Source of the DNA: a virus
Reading direction: 5' to 3' (one strand)
Virus record (IMG/VR): IMGVR_UViG_3300029374_000334
Coordinates: 3,965-67,964 of that record
Length of the DNA stretch: 64,000 nt
The translations under genes and the position numbers were made by a program. Shown one piece after another: positions 19,408-29,491 of the stretch (its first letter is position 1; each line of letters begins with the position of its first letter). The notes beneath the pieces were generated by a model. That model saw only the letters and a program-made list of their open reading frames with translations, did not search any database and had not been told where the DNA came from.

Positions 19408-20106
19408 ATGGCACCAAGAACACAATTAACAGAAAAAGCCAAGGAGCTTCAGAAAGACGAAAGCTGGATGGTTCAAATTAAAGAATCCAAGGATTGGGTC
19501 GAACAACTCCAGTTGGAAGTAGAGAACCAAAAAAGAGAGTTTCTGCCAGTGCAGACGGTAGATGACGTGATTGACAACGCACGCTATGCAGAGGAAGTAC
19601 TCAATGCTAACGGCAAGTATTATAACTCCACGGAAATGGCAAAGCTATTGGGCGCAAAGAGTGCAGCATCCCTTAACGCTGAGTTGAAGACGGCCGGCAT
19701 CATCTACAAGACAAACGATGCGTGGGTAATGGCAAGTAAGTTCGCAAGTAATGGACTTACTGTTACCAAGACAGGAGTAAAGAAAGGTAAGTCTTTCTCC
19801 ATGTTGCTGTGGACAGAGAAAGGTCGTAAGTGGCTTCACAACCTGCAGAGACGTGGAATAATTGTTACCGAACCAGTACCAAGAAAGAAATCCAAGAAGT
19901 ACATGTTGAATATTGAGGAAATCAAGGACGACTTGGATTGCTTGAAGACACTTGTAGAGCAAACAACGACTATCACCAAGACCGACCAACTTCCTGCAAT
20001 GATTATGATTGGCGACATTCTTGACATTTCTTCATCTATTCAAGAGCGTGTAAGCCAAGTTATAATGCAAGCCTACAGAAAAGCAGGATTAAAAGCAAGC
20101 TTCTAA
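19408..20106 (+). CDS. putative phage antirepressor-like protein (KilAC/ORF6C-like region)
   Basis: Central segment STEMAKLLGAKSAASLNAELKTAGII resembles antirepressor KilAC domains; assignment tentative. Confidence 0.35.
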   Translation: MAPRTQLTEKAKELQKDESWMVQIKESKDWVEQLQLEVENQKREFLPVQTVDDVIDNARYAEEVLNANGKYYNSTEMAKLLGAKSAASLNAELKTAGIIYKTNDAWVMASKFASNGLTVTKTGVKKGKSFSMLLWTEKGRKWLHNLQRRGIIVTEPVPRKKSKKYMLNIEEIKDDLDCLKTLVEQTTTITKTDQLPAMIMIGDILDISSSIQERVSQVIMQAYRKAGLKASF

Positions 20107-20550
20107 CCATTAAAACTCCAAAGTCATGAAAGAAGAATTATTAGCAGCCCTTAGAGGAGCAATGAAGATATACAATGAAATGAACGAGTCGAACGATGGT
20201 AACGTCGGAGGGCTTGATGCAGCAGGTATGAAAATATTTGAGGCGATTAAGATAGTAAAGAACAGTTGAGCTTTTTAACCAATTAAAATTCATAGAAGAT
20301 TATAGTGCTATTTAAAAGTTTTTGCGTACCTTTACAGCGGTAAAGGATGATACAATATATAAAGTGGTTGGCGTTGTCCTCAGCGTAACACCAAAAGCGC
20401 CGGTCGCCAACCTACCAAATTTAAAATAAAGATTAAGGTACAATAAAAGGCATCGTAAAAGAAGCGAAACTTAAGTCCAAGATTAGATGAGGGTAGGGAC
20501 GCCTATATGGTCTGCCCCCGTCTTGCTTCTTTACGGTGCCTCGTGTTTTA

Positions 20551-22131
20551 TTAGAAGTTATATTCTTTTATTTCCAAGATACCATCGCGTAGTATAGCGC
20601 ATAAAACGTTTCTCAAAGGAGTATTAGAGTTCTTACTTTTTAGAACTCCCAACATTCTCTTGTATCCATCTATAAGTTTCTTTTCTTCAAACATAGAAGG
20701 TTCGTGGAAATAAAAGCAAACATCGTGATATTCGGTTTCTACATCTTCTCTTGAGTTGAATTTCTTTAATTGCCGACTCTTGTTTAGTAGTTGGTTTCGA
20801 TAATCCATTGTGTTACTAGTAATAGACGCCAAGTCCATCAAGCGCCCATCTAAGACCATGTCGAGAGCGGCCATCTCTTTCCCCATTTTGTCTTTCTTAC
20901 CTTCTTCGCAAAATATAACACTATGTCCATTAGAAAATGCCCTTTCTAAAAATTCATTTTCTAAATCGTCACCATCCATAGTTCCGTTAAAGAAGTCTTT
21001 TGCAGTATAGTTGTGTTTGTTATGACTTATGTGAACAGCTTTGACACCACCTGCGGAATTTATTTCAACATCCTTATAGTTTGTATCATTCTTGAGTTTC
21101 TGATACTCGTTTCTTTTTCGAACGACCGAACGCACTTCCTTATCTATAATAAAATTAGCGTTATCAGCAAGAAAGTAAGGTAAACTTTTATTAGATTTTA
21201 TCTTATCAGTGTTGTTCGATATCCACTTGTTAAAACCGCTTGGGACATCGGTATATAATTTCTTCGGTACTTCGCCCCAATATTCTTCCTCAGTCATTAT
21301 AATGGGTACAGCGTAGCACATGCAGTTAACGTGCCAACCTCTCCAAGGGAAACCATTAGGGTATTTCCCGGCAAGCTCATCGCACATATCCTCTTTAGGG
21401 TGGCTCCCACTTGTTCTGATTTCAATGCCCTTGACAAAATCAAAGCGACGCCAACGTTCCTGCTCTGCAGCGCGATAAGCCATGTTTATCTCGTTGCGAG
21501 CGAGTCTAACGCTACGATATTCACAGCCAGAAACATCTATCGCCTTACCATATTTCTTCTTGTAATCTTTAGCAAGCGAAGGATAATCATTTAAATATTT
21601 ACTAACACGTTTGCTAAGCTTAACAGCGCTCATACCCTTCTCTATCCCAGTGGCCAACGCTCGCTCCAATGACTTCTTAACATCCTCCCTTTGATTCCAA
21701 ATACGTTGAGACAGATTCATTCCTTTTATTGTTCGATTCTTGAACGCTTCTTTTGCGGCATTATTCTTCTCGTAGTATGCCTTAACTCGCTTCTGCCCTA
21801 TACGCCTAGAGTAAGACTTAACGACTCGGCGCACAAGCAAGTCTTGGAGAGTGTTGCTACTTTCCCATTCGTTAGATATGCCACTGTAAACAAGTGTTTG
21901 CATATTACTTGAATAGTAATTGAGCAGAGATTTCACTCTGCGTTCGGTCTTGGGATAATTAGAAAAAGAAAACTCCTCGCTGCCGTCATAACCTACATCA
22001 ACAGCAAGTTTTGCAGCCTCTTTTGCGAGCATTGCATATATAGCCAACACCTTTCTAGTGTATTGGTTCAGTCTTTTGGACAGGTCTTTGTACGCTTTCT
22101 TTTGATTTGGTGTGCTTATTTTTGCCATCAC
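20551..22131 (-). CDS. phage minor head / head morphogenesis protein (Mu F / SPP1 gp7-like)
   Basis: Central region with Mu-F-like signatures (RLARNEINMAYR, GWHVNCMCY); 526 aa; adjacent to portal on the same strand. Confidence 0.65.
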   Translation of the reverse strand: MMAKISTPNQKKAYKDLSKRLNQYTRKVLAIYAMLAKEAAKLAVDVGYDGSEEFSFSNYPKTERRVKSLLNYYSSNMQTLVYSGISNEWESSNTLQDLLVRRVVKSYSRRIGQKRVKAYYEKNNAAKEAFKNRTIKGMNLSQRIWNQREDVKKSLERALATGIEKGMSAVKLSKRVSKYLNDYPSLAKDYKKKYGKAIDVSGCEYRSVRLARNEINMAYRAAEQERWRRFDFVKGIEIRTSGSHPKEDMCDELAGKYPNGFPWRGWHVNCMCYAVPIIMTEEEYWGEVPKKLYTDVPSGFNKWISNNTDKIKSNKSLPYFLADNANFIIDKEVRSVVRKRNEYQKLKNDTNYKDVEINSAGGVKAVHISHNKHNYTAKDFFNGTMDGDDLENEFLERAFSNGHSVIFCEEGKKDKMGKEMAALDMVLDGRLMDLASITSNTMDYRNQLLNKSRQLKKFNSREDVETEYHDVCFYFHEPSMFEEKKLIDGYKRMLGVLKSKNSNTPLRNVLCAILRDGILEIKEYNF

Positions 22132-22297
22132 AGCTTATGTTTGAAATATTCGCAGCAATCATGATTCAACAACATACTATGCCTTTGGAAATCACATTTG
22201 CAGAGTATTGGTTCATTAAGAAGGCTCATGCTGTGAAAGTCACGAGCATGAGCACAATCCTTACAGAAATATTTTATTCTTACACTTCTATTCTTTG

Positions 22298-23728
22298 TCA
22301 TTCTTCCGAAAATAGGTTGGACATAGATTGAGCAGACCTTTCACTCTCGGCTTGCTCTTCTTTTTGTATTTCATCGTATGTATCATCAGCGTTGTCTGTA
22401 AGGTTCGCACGGCGTATAGCCTCCTTGTGACTGATAACAGGCTTGTTTCCGTCAGCTTTCATCCATTTTTCTATCTCGGCAGCCTCATCCTCTTGTATAA
22501 ATGGAGTAATCACATGCTCAATAGAAATTTCATCCAACCGCGAAGCCCAGCTTGTATTCATCTTTGCAAGAAAAGCCTTTATAACATTAGACTCTCTCTC
22601 AAAACCTTCTATCCATTTGCCCGCCTCTTCACCGATTTTAAGATGAGCATCCATAAGAAGGGTTTTACGCGAGTCGTACCCAATATTACCAAGAGACTTC
22701 ATGTTTTCAAATGAAATATCTGGCATTTGTGACTGCATGAAGTATAGTTTAATCAGCGTATCTACGTGATACTTCAAAGCATCAATAGCCTGTTGCCAAG
22801 AGACATAACTAACATCGCCATCCTCAGTAACCCTATATACCCGTCGAGTCTCACCTTTATGCTCCTCCCCGACAATAGACCCTGCAATCTTTAATATTGG
22901 AGCCGAGTTATATGCTATAACATCACTATTACGAGATATTGTATACTCTATATTCTCACGTATAGGCTTCAGACCCTCCCAACACGGCTCGTTTCGATAC
23001 CAATAAACCGCCGGTATCTTTTCTATACTTATCTCGTCGCTTATTATAGGCTGCCATCCGTTTGCATTATCTTCTGAAGATAAGCTCCATTTGTAATGAT
23101 GAGTAGCAGTGAATGTTTCAAAGAAAGTTATCTTTGTATCAGCAACTTTCTTTTCATACTCAAAAGAAAGGGCAAGCAAATCTTCGTATTCATCGAATAA
23201 AGGATAAATACGAACACCATCCATAGGTGAAAATGTGCGACATTTAAGTTTGTACTCGCTATCAAAACCATACAGTTTATTCCTCTTCCGCTGCGTATAC
23301 CAAAGTGTAAACATTTCGCATGAAGCATAAAGGCATTTTGCACGCTTCATATTCTCAGCATCAATATGCGCGTTGGTGTAAATCTTTTCTATCGCTTTAG
23401 CTATTGATTTTAGAGTGTCATCCTTCCGATCATACGAGTATACACGCTTTACAGGAATAGATACTGTAAATTCAGAAATGCGTCGTGTCAGTAATTTTTC
23501 AAGGCCGATAGGAATACGCGCCGCCTTCTCAACAGTACCTCCAGGTAGATTCTTGTCTCGTCTCCCTAATTTGTCCTCCACAATTTCATGAAGACGAGGT
23601 TCGTATTCTGTAATCAATTGGCTCCAACTTGGAACGAAAACAGACCTTTCTTTTAATCTACCTATAATAGTAGAAACATCTGTGTGAGAAAAAATTTCAT
23701 CTAAATCTATCATACTCTTTTCTTGCAA
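22298..23728 (-). CDS. portal protein candidate
   Basis: 476-aa protein immediately upstream (same strand) of the Mu-F-like gene; size and position fit portal. Confidence 0.55.
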   Translation of the reverse strand: MQEKSMIDLDEIFSHTDVSTIIGRLKERSVFVPSWSQLITEYEPRLHEIVEDKLGRRDKNLPGGTVEKAARIPIGLEKLLTRRISEFTVSIPVKRVYSYDRKDDTLKSIAKAIEKIYTNAHIDAENMKRAKCLYASCEMFTLWYTQRKRNKLYGFDSEYKLKCRTFSPMDGVRIYPLFDEYEDLLALSFEYEKKVADTKITFFETFTATHHYKWSLSSEDNANGWQPIISDEISIEKIPAVYWYRNEPCWEGLKPIRENIEYTISRNSDVIAYNSAPILKIAGSIVGEEHKGETRRVYRVTEDGDVSYVSWQQAIDALKYHVDTLIKLYFMQSQMPDISFENMKSLGNIGYDSRKTLLMDAHLKIGEEAGKWIEGFERESNVIKAFLAKMNTSWASRLDEISIEHVITPFIQEDEAAEIEKWMKADGNKPVISHKEAIRRANLTDNADDTYDEIQKEEQAESERSAQSMSNLFSEE

Positions 23729-23755
23729 AAATAAAAAATATATGCTAAAAAATTT

Positions 23756-23903
23756 TCAAATTTAGTATATTTAACTAAATTATCTATTGGTATATTTGCA
23801 TATATGCGGATAAATTAGTACCTTTGCATATAGATAAGAAACAGGTAGAATTGACTAACAGGTCGCTACCTAACAAGTTAAACCAATTAAAACATTAAAG
23901 ATT
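23756..23903 (+). repeat. copy 3 of the ~145-bp promoter/leader direct repeat
   Basis: -33 TTTG 23795-23798, -7 TACCTTTG 23819-23826; 3' end identical to copy 1 up to the ATG. Confidence 0.85.
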
Positions 23904-24326
23904 ATGAATACAGAAAAGAACAACGAGTTTAAGAACAAATCAAATGAAACATTTGAAAAGTGTTCACAGAGAGTTTCTACAATATTGAAAGATACCAACT
24001 GGAATGTAGAATATGTATATCCAACCTACAAAGGCGTTATTTTAAGGATTTGCCTTAACGGAAAAAGAAATACGGAGTTGGATTTAGTTTGGAAAGAGCA
24101 AACAAAATACGAAAGCGAGTCATTCACGACAAACGTAAGAACCGCAGGCTCATTTGACCTATTTTCAGGAAACGAACCTGGAACAGAAGCTAACTTTTAC
24201 AAAGAAGTTGGCATGCTTATTTCAAACATAGAAGTGCTTTCAAAAATCAAAGAAGCAGCAAAAGATTGCTCCGCAGAAATGGAAACTTTAGAAAGAGAAT
24301 ACACAGAACTTCAAGATAAAGATTAA
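23904..24326 (+). CDS. hypothetical protein
   Basis: 140-aa ORF directly after repeat copy 3. Confidence 0.5.
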   Translation: MNTEKNNEFKNKSNETFEKCSQRVSTILKDTNWNVEYVYPTYKGVILRICLNGKRNTELDLVWKEQTKYESESFTTNVRTAGSFDLFSGNEPGTEANFYKEVGMLISNIEVLSKIKEAAKDCSAEMETLEREYTELQDKD

Positions 24327-24327
24327 T

Positions 24328-24528
24328 ATGATTACGGCAACAGAACCTGTAGTAAATGCAACGTCACGCTACAGCATAGCTGAAGCTGCAAAAATATTGG
24401 GAGTTCATAGAAATTCGATATTGAACTACACGAAATCGGGCTTGTTAAAATGTGGCATCAGAAAAGCAACGAAACGCAAGTTCTACACAGGATTAGAAAT
24501 CATAAAATTTTGGAGAGCAAGCATATGA
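24328..24528 (+). CDS. small helix-turn-helix DNA-binding protein (excisionase/MerR-like)
   Basis: SIAEAAKILGVHRNSILNYTKSGLL helix-turn-helix. Confidence 0.5.
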   Translation: MITATEPVVNATSRYSIAEAAKILGVHRNSILNYTKSGLLKCGIRKATKRKFYTGLEIIKFWRASI

Positions 24529-24620
24529 AGGATAAAGATACAGTTTTAAGCATGGTATATACCGTGCTGTTCGTAATAGAGATGATATTCGTAATATTAA
24601 TATTTCATTAGACAGCAAAT

Positions 24621-24920
24621 ATGATAGCACTAGAATTTATAGGAACAATAACGGAGGATGCGCAGATTAGTACCACCGCAGACAACAAAAAAGAAATCAC
24701 GTTTCCAGTTGATGTCAAAAGGGGGATTGATAAGAATGGATTAGATAAGTCCATAGTTATCTATTGCAAAAAGAAAGGCATTTGTTCTTCAGATAAGCGC
24801 TTAGTTAGGGATCAGAAAATCTTTATCCGCGGAGACATCAATGCGTCTTTAAAGCGAGTATGCACAGGAGTTAATCGAGCTGTGATAGAATGTGTAATTT
24901 GGCAATTTGAATTATTATGA
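24621..24920 (+). CDS. hypothetical protein
   Basis: 99-aa ORF. Confidence 0.4.
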   Translation: MIALEFIGTITEDAQISTTADNKKEITFPVDVKRGIDKNGLDKSIVIYCKKKGICSSDKRLVRDQKIFIRGDINASLKRVCTGVNRAVIECVIWQFELL

Positions 24921-25165
24921 TAGACTGGAATGCATTTTATGCCAACGGCGGATATTATGGAGATAACGACCCTCAATGCTACGACGATGGCTACTATGAA
25001 GAGTCAGATGAAGAAGACTCCGAAGAAGAGAAAGAGGAGGACGAGCCTTGGCCTATGGAAACAATGGATAAAGAAGCCTACGAAATTAAAAAGGACGGCA
25101 TGACGCGAGCAGAACGTAGGGTGTACAAGCGTATGTTGGCTAAACAAAAGAAGAAAGGACAATAA
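24917..25165 (+). CDS. small acidic protein with basic C-terminus
   Basis: D/E-rich core (EESDEEDSEEEKEEDE). Confidence 0.4.
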   Translation: MIDWNAFYANGGYYGDNDPQCYDDGYYEESDEEDSEEEKEEDEPWPMETMDKEAYEIKKDGMTRAERRVYKRMLAKQKKKGQ

Positions 25166-25166
25166 T

Positions 25167-25382
25167 ATGGCAAACGAAAACAACAAACCTTATTTTCTTT
25201 TGGTGTTCGAGAAGGGCGACACCGTACCGACTATTATACCAGCGGAAACAATATCCGAGATATACTCAGACACTGACAACAAAACAATGGATATTATAAC
25301 CGTAACTGGCAACGATATAGGCTTAGAGAATGTGGAGTCCTTCAAAATGGTTCATGTCGAGGAAATTAACTTTAACATGTAA
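25167..25382 (+). CDS. hypothetical protein
   Basis: 71-aa ORF. Confidence 0.4.
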   Translation: MANENNKPYFLLVFEKGDTVPTIIPAETISEIYSDTDNKTMDIITVTGNDIGLENVESFKMVHVEEINFNM

Positions 25383-25393
25383 CAACAACAGAT

Positions 25394-25720
25394 ATGAAGA
25401 AAACAATCAATAATTTCATTGACCGGCTGCGCGATGCGTGGTCTATCATAAGAGGGCGCAAGTATGTCTTCATTCGCTACGACGAGCACACAAGCGAACA
25501 AGAAGCATTCAACATGATAAGTGTTACCTTTGGCGCACGTTGGTTTAAAAGCAACGATAATGTGAACTATTTCTCTCGAACAAATATGCTGCTTGACTTG
25601 TTGAACGACACGAACAGTATAATGCTGCTCACAAAGGACGCTGACGGCAAGCTGACATATTGCTACGATTGCAAGACGGAAGAAGATTTCAATGACCTAA
25701 TAAGCATGGAGGTAGAGTAA
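25394..25720 (+). CDS. hypothetical protein
   Basis: 108-aa ORF. Confidence 0.45.
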   Translation: MKKTINNFIDRLRDAWSIIRGRKYVFIRYDEHTSEQEAFNMISVTFGARWFKSNDNVNYFSRTNMLLDLLNDTNSIMLLTKDADGKLTYCYDCKTEEDFNDLISMEVE

Positions 25721-25882
25721 TATGGAAAGCGAAATTTGTTACATTGACACATACGGCAGAGCTTACTTTAAGGTTGAGGACGGCATTGTGTACTCGCGCG
25801 ACAGATTAACCAATGTGTCACCAGACAAACTCTCCGACTTCCTTGCAATAGCAAAGGAACTTGGATTTAAAACTGGCAAGTT

Positions 25883-26068
25883 ATGAAAGCGGTACTGACA
25901 TTAGACAATGGAGAGAAAGTTGTCGCAGATATTTATCCTCTCCAAGGCAAGAAACAGCACAGACCACGTTTCCACGACGAGTACGAACGTTGGTTTGTAG
26001 AAGAGTTTAACAAGGCGCAGCCACGAGCTGCCCACAAGGTGGTGAAGGCGCACATACTAAGAAACTAA
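25883..26068 (+). CDS. hypothetical protein
   Basis: 61-aa ORF. Confidence 0.35.
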   Translation: MKAVLTLDNGEKVVADIYPLQGKKQHRPRFHDEYERWFVEEFNKAQPRAAHKVVKAHILRN

Positions 26069-26080
26069 TAATACAATAAT

Positions 26081-26416
26081 ATGACAGAAGAAATATTTTA
26101 CTGCGAATGCCCGAGATGTAGCGTTCATAACAAAAAGACACAGGATCTTGCATACAATTTGAAAGCTCTTAGAAATTCAGAGTTTGTGTTTAGCGAGAAG
26201 TTTACTCCAGTTATGTTTTTTGAGGTGCTTAAAAGCGTAGTCGCAGAACTCAACAGCGAGTACAGAGGTAGAGAAATAAAGGTCGAGATGATGCGTTACA
26301 TAGACACTATCTCATACACTTTCAAAGACGACCCCAATAGCGACGCTTGTCTGGGCAGTTTAAGACTTACACCGATAAAGACAGTGTTCGATAGTGTTAA
26401 AACCCTCGATATATAA
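26081..26416 (+). CDS. hypothetical protein
   Basis: 111-aa ORF. Confidence 0.45.
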   Translation: MTEEIFYCECPRCSVHNKKTQDLAYNLKALRNSEFVFSEKFTPVMFFEVLKSVVAELNSEYRGREIKVEMMRYIDTISYTFKDDPNSDACLGSLRLTPIKTVFDSVKTLDI

Positions 26417-26424
26417 ACCGAATA

Positions 26425-26610
26425 ATGATAGGAATAGTATTAACAATCATTAATACCGCCTTTTTTGCGGGAACATGGTACTTTCTCGGTAGAAGTTCGA
26501 TATACGCAAAACTAATAAAGGAATACCGCGAGATGCTAAAAAACGTAATCGAACAGCAAAGGCTGCTTGGAATGTATAAAATAATGGACTGCATGAAAGC
26601 AGCAAAATAA
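26425..26610 (+). CDS. small membrane protein
   Basis: N-terminal transmembrane segment. Confidence 0.35.
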   Translation: MIGIVLTIINTAFFAGTWYFLGRSSIYAKLIKEYREMLKNVIEQQRLLGMYKIMDCMKAAK

Positions 26611-26623
26611 ACGGAGGAAGAAA

Positions 26624-27337
26624 ATGGAGAACAAGATTAACATTGCGGAAATACTCCGCGATATGCCAAAAGACACAAAGCTGTATTCGCAGCTGTTCGG
26701 CAAATGCGAGCTTGAAGAATCTATTAACGGCAAAGAATATCCAATCTCTGTTCGTATTGGAAGTGATTTGTCGCTTCGAACTTTCACAAAAGACGGTTGT
26801 TATTTTTCTAATATAGAGGGTAGTGAATGCGTCCTCTTTCCTTCTTCAAAGATGCGTTGTTGGAGCAAGTTCTTCAAGCGTGGCGATATTGTGTACAACC
26901 CCAACAGCAAAATGCTGGCTATCTTCGACGGCTGGGTAAACGATGATTACACAGAGTTTAATACCACAATCAACTACTACAAAGACCACACCTTTGGCGA
27001 AGAGGAAGTGTGCAACACAGAATGTTTCGTAAGGGCAAATGATGAACAAAGAACATTGTTTATCGCAGCAGCAGAGAAGCATTACGGCGGCAAGTACAAC
27101 CCCGAAACGTTGCAAGTAGAGACTGTTAAGGTTGTTGAACCTAAGTGTTCATTCAAGCCGTTCGACAAGGTGTTGGTGAGATGCAACGAAGATAGCGTAT
27201 GGCGTTGTGAACTCTTCTCTCACTACAACACATTCAATAAGCAATGCCCTTACGTCTGTTTATCAAGTGTCTACAAGTATTGCATCCCTTATGAGGGCAA
27301 TCAACATCTGTTAGGCACAACAAACAATCCCAGATAA
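26624..27337 (+). CDS. hypothetical protein
   Basis: 237-aa ORF. Confidence 0.5.
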   Translation: MENKINIAEILRDMPKDTKLYSQLFGKCELEESINGKEYPISVRIGSDLSLRTFTKDGCYFSNIEGSECVLFPSSKMRCWSKFFKRGDIVYNPNSKMLAIFDGWVNDDYTEFNTTINYYKDHTFGEEEVCNTECFVRANDEQRTLFIAAAEKHYGGKYNPETLQVETVKVVEPKCSFKPFDKVLVRCNEDSVWRCELFSHYNTFNKQCPYVCLSSVYKYCIPYEGNQHLLGTTNNPR

Positions 27338-27344
27338 CGCTAAC

Positions 27345-27599
27345 ATGGCAAAAGATTTCTCGCTTGCAGATGTCAATTTCCGCGAGACAGGACATATCGC
27401 TTTCGAAGACGAGTATATCACATCGTATGTGTCAACGGACATCGTGCCGAAGATATACATGAGCGTGAATACCCCTCGCGACGCAACAGGGCTTGTTTCG
27501 GGCAAGCCCAAGCGTTACTACCGCACACGATACAGCGCATGGGTGACGGAAAAGACATTTGTCAAGCAATATCAGAAAATCAGAGAAAAATTCAAGTAA
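27345..27599 (+). CDS. hypothetical protein
   Basis: 84-aa ORF. Confidence 0.45.
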   Translation: MAKDFSLADVNFRETGHIAFEDEYITSYVSTDIVPKIYMSVNTPRDATGLVSGKPKRYYRTRYSAWVTEKTFVKQYQKIREKFK

Positions 27600-27601
27600 G
27601 T

Positions 27602-27895
27602 ATGATAAATCTATCTTTAGATCGGCAAGACTTCCTCTACGCAGTTGAGGGTTTCGCACACGGCTCACACCTCCGTCAGCACGTCTGGAAGGAGATTGTG
27701 TATAAGTCAATACCGCAGATGTCCAATGATGAAATGGACTTCCTTTGGTTCTATATTCGCCGCGACATCTTCGAGCATTACTTCTACGAGCTAAACGGCA
27801 AGAAGAATACGCATTTCGGGTACGAGGACTTTATGCACGCACTCGCTGCGCTACACAGAGGAAACCGTTACATGGTGACATTTCCAGCGAGATAG
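27602..27895 (+). CDS. hypothetical protein (ATG at 27602 chosen; the listed ORF extends upstream in an overlap)
   Basis: First ATG after the upstream stop. Confidence 0.4.
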   Translation: MINLSLDRQDFLYAVEGFAHGSHLRQHVWKEIVYKSIPQMSNDEMDFLWFYIRRDIFEHYFYELNGKKNTHFGYEDFMHALAALHRGNRYMVTFPAR

Positions 27896-28152
27896 AGCAC
27901 AAGTCGCTACAAGCTCTCTGCTACCGCTTTGAAGGCGAATACTATCCGCTTTACGCATACATCGGAGGCAAGGTAGTCGGCAAGACGAAGAAAAGCAGCG
28001 GCTTGCAACCGTTCAATGCGTTTGTTCCTGGCGAGTGGATAAAGGCAGTTACAAAGCACAAAACGCCCGAAAACAGATACGTTGAACTCGGCAAAGAGGA
28101 GTGGTGGAACGACTTGGAGATTTACGATAACTTTAAAACGAAACTATTATGA
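27745..28152 (+). CDS. hypothetical protein; start unresolved (possible frameshift or indel junction with 27602..27895)
   Basis: Protein-like only from ~27880 onward; the Arg-rich N-terminal 45 aa overlaps the upstream gene out of frame; only a TTG start at 27745. Confidence 0.3.
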   Translation: MVLYSPRHLRALLLRAKRQEEYAFRVRGLYARTRCATQRKPLHGDISSEIEHKSLQALCYRFEGEYYPLYAYIGGKVVGKTKKSSGLQPFNAFVPGEWIKAVTKHKTPENRYVELGKEEWWNDLEIYDNFKTKLL

Positions 28153-28490
28153 TTGACGAAAAAGAGGTACGAAAAGCAGCAACGTTGACATACAACCCCG
28201 CATTGGATGCAGTTGCGAACTTCTCCGCAAGAAATGCTTTCGCCGCAGGTGTAGATTGGTTCAAGAAAGCTCTTTGGCACACGGAAGATGAAATTCCAGA
28301 AGCCGACAGACTTATTCTTGTCAAAGATTGGAAATTTAAAGATGAATACCTTACATTCGACACTACCGAAGAACTGAACCTCGAAGACTTTGACAAAGAA
28401 CATCAATGGGAATGTTTTTGCAAGTTGGCTGACTTAGATTTTACATGGTGTTACATAGAGGACTTGCTGCCGGAAGGAGGTGAGAAATGA
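28149..28490 (+). CDS. hypothetical protein
   Basis: 113-aa ORF. Confidence 0.45.
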   Translation: MIDEKEVRKAATLTYNPALDAVANFSARNAFAAGVDWFKKALWHTEDEIPEADRLILVKDWKFKDEYLTFDTTEELNLEDFDKEHQWECFCKLADLDFTWCYIEDLLPEGGEK

Positions 28491-28736
28491 GATTCGTAAA
28501 CCAGCTTTATTATTTGCCATCAGCGTGTGAGGTTATTCCAGACGCAGTAGCCTCCCCAAAGGATTACGGTCAAGCACTTCAAAACTCAAATAAAAAAAGA
28601 AAGAAATGAGCTATAACTCAAGAAGAAAATGTGATGTAAGGCACATTATAAGCTGCGGTCTTTGTCCTCAGATGTTAAATTGTCCTTATGACAAAGAAGA
28701 TGAAAGAGTAGTATTTACAAAAGAACACACAGGAAA

Positions 28737-29180
28737 ATGATTAAACCAGAAAACCTAAGAATAGGCGACCTTGTAAGAACAAACCGCGATTGCGCATTTC
28801 CGAAAGGCACAATGTGCGTTGTTAACGATATACGTCCCGAGAAAGTCTATAAAGACAAAGTAGGTGTCGTCGGTCTAATCGCTACCTACGATGACGACGA
28901 CGGACCTTGGGGAGTTTGGGGTTGTAATATCGAAGGCATCCCTCTCACGCCCGAACTCCTCGGAAAGAACGAATTTAAGGAGGAGCAGCATCAAAAGGAC
29001 GGCGCTTCTGAATGGTACGACTTCTACCATTACGGCCTCGGCATTAATATCGTGTACGAGGTTGAGGAAAATAAGTTTGCCGCCTACCTCGACGGCAAAA
29101 AGTTAAGAGGAATCAAATACGTTCACGAACTTCAACATATCCTTTGGGCGTTGGGGCTGAACGCAGAATTAAAATTATAA
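28737..29180 (+). CDS. hypothetical protein
   Basis: 147-aa ORF. Confidence 0.45.
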   Translation: MIKPENLRIGDLVRTNRDCAFPKGTMCVVNDIRPEKVYKDKVGVVGLIATYDDDDGPWGVWGCNIEGIPLTPELLGKNEFKEEQHQKDGASEWYDFYHYGLGINIVYEVEENKFAAYLDGKKLRGIKYVHELQHILWALGLNAELKL

Positions 29181-29187
29181 ACGAGAT

Positions 29188-29466
29188 ATGAAATTTGGTA
29201 TTATTGATTTTATGATGGCATCGCTTCAGGTAGCCTTCATCGTAATGAAACTCTGTGGAGCAATCAGTTGGTCGTGGTGGTTAGTTATGCTGCCCATTCT
29301 CTTGGTTGTAGTGTTTAACGTTCTCGCACTCCTTCTTTTCGTTTGTGCAGAGAAGTATAAGTCGCATCTACTCTTCAAGCAGTATGGCACCGACAATAAG
29401 TTGGCTATTCGCTTGAAAAAGATGCAGCAGGAAAGGGAGAATTTAATGAAGCAGAAGAATAAGTAA
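29188..29466 (+). CDS. small membrane protein, holin-like topology
   Basis: Two transmembrane helices followed by a charged C-terminus. Confidence 0.35.
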   Translation: MKFGIIDFMMASLQVAFIVMKLCGAISWSWWLVMLPILLVVVFNVLALLLFVCAEKYKSHLLFKQYGTDNKLAIRLKKMQQERENLMKQKNK

Positions 29467-29491
29467 TAATGTCTTAACGAAAATATAGAGC

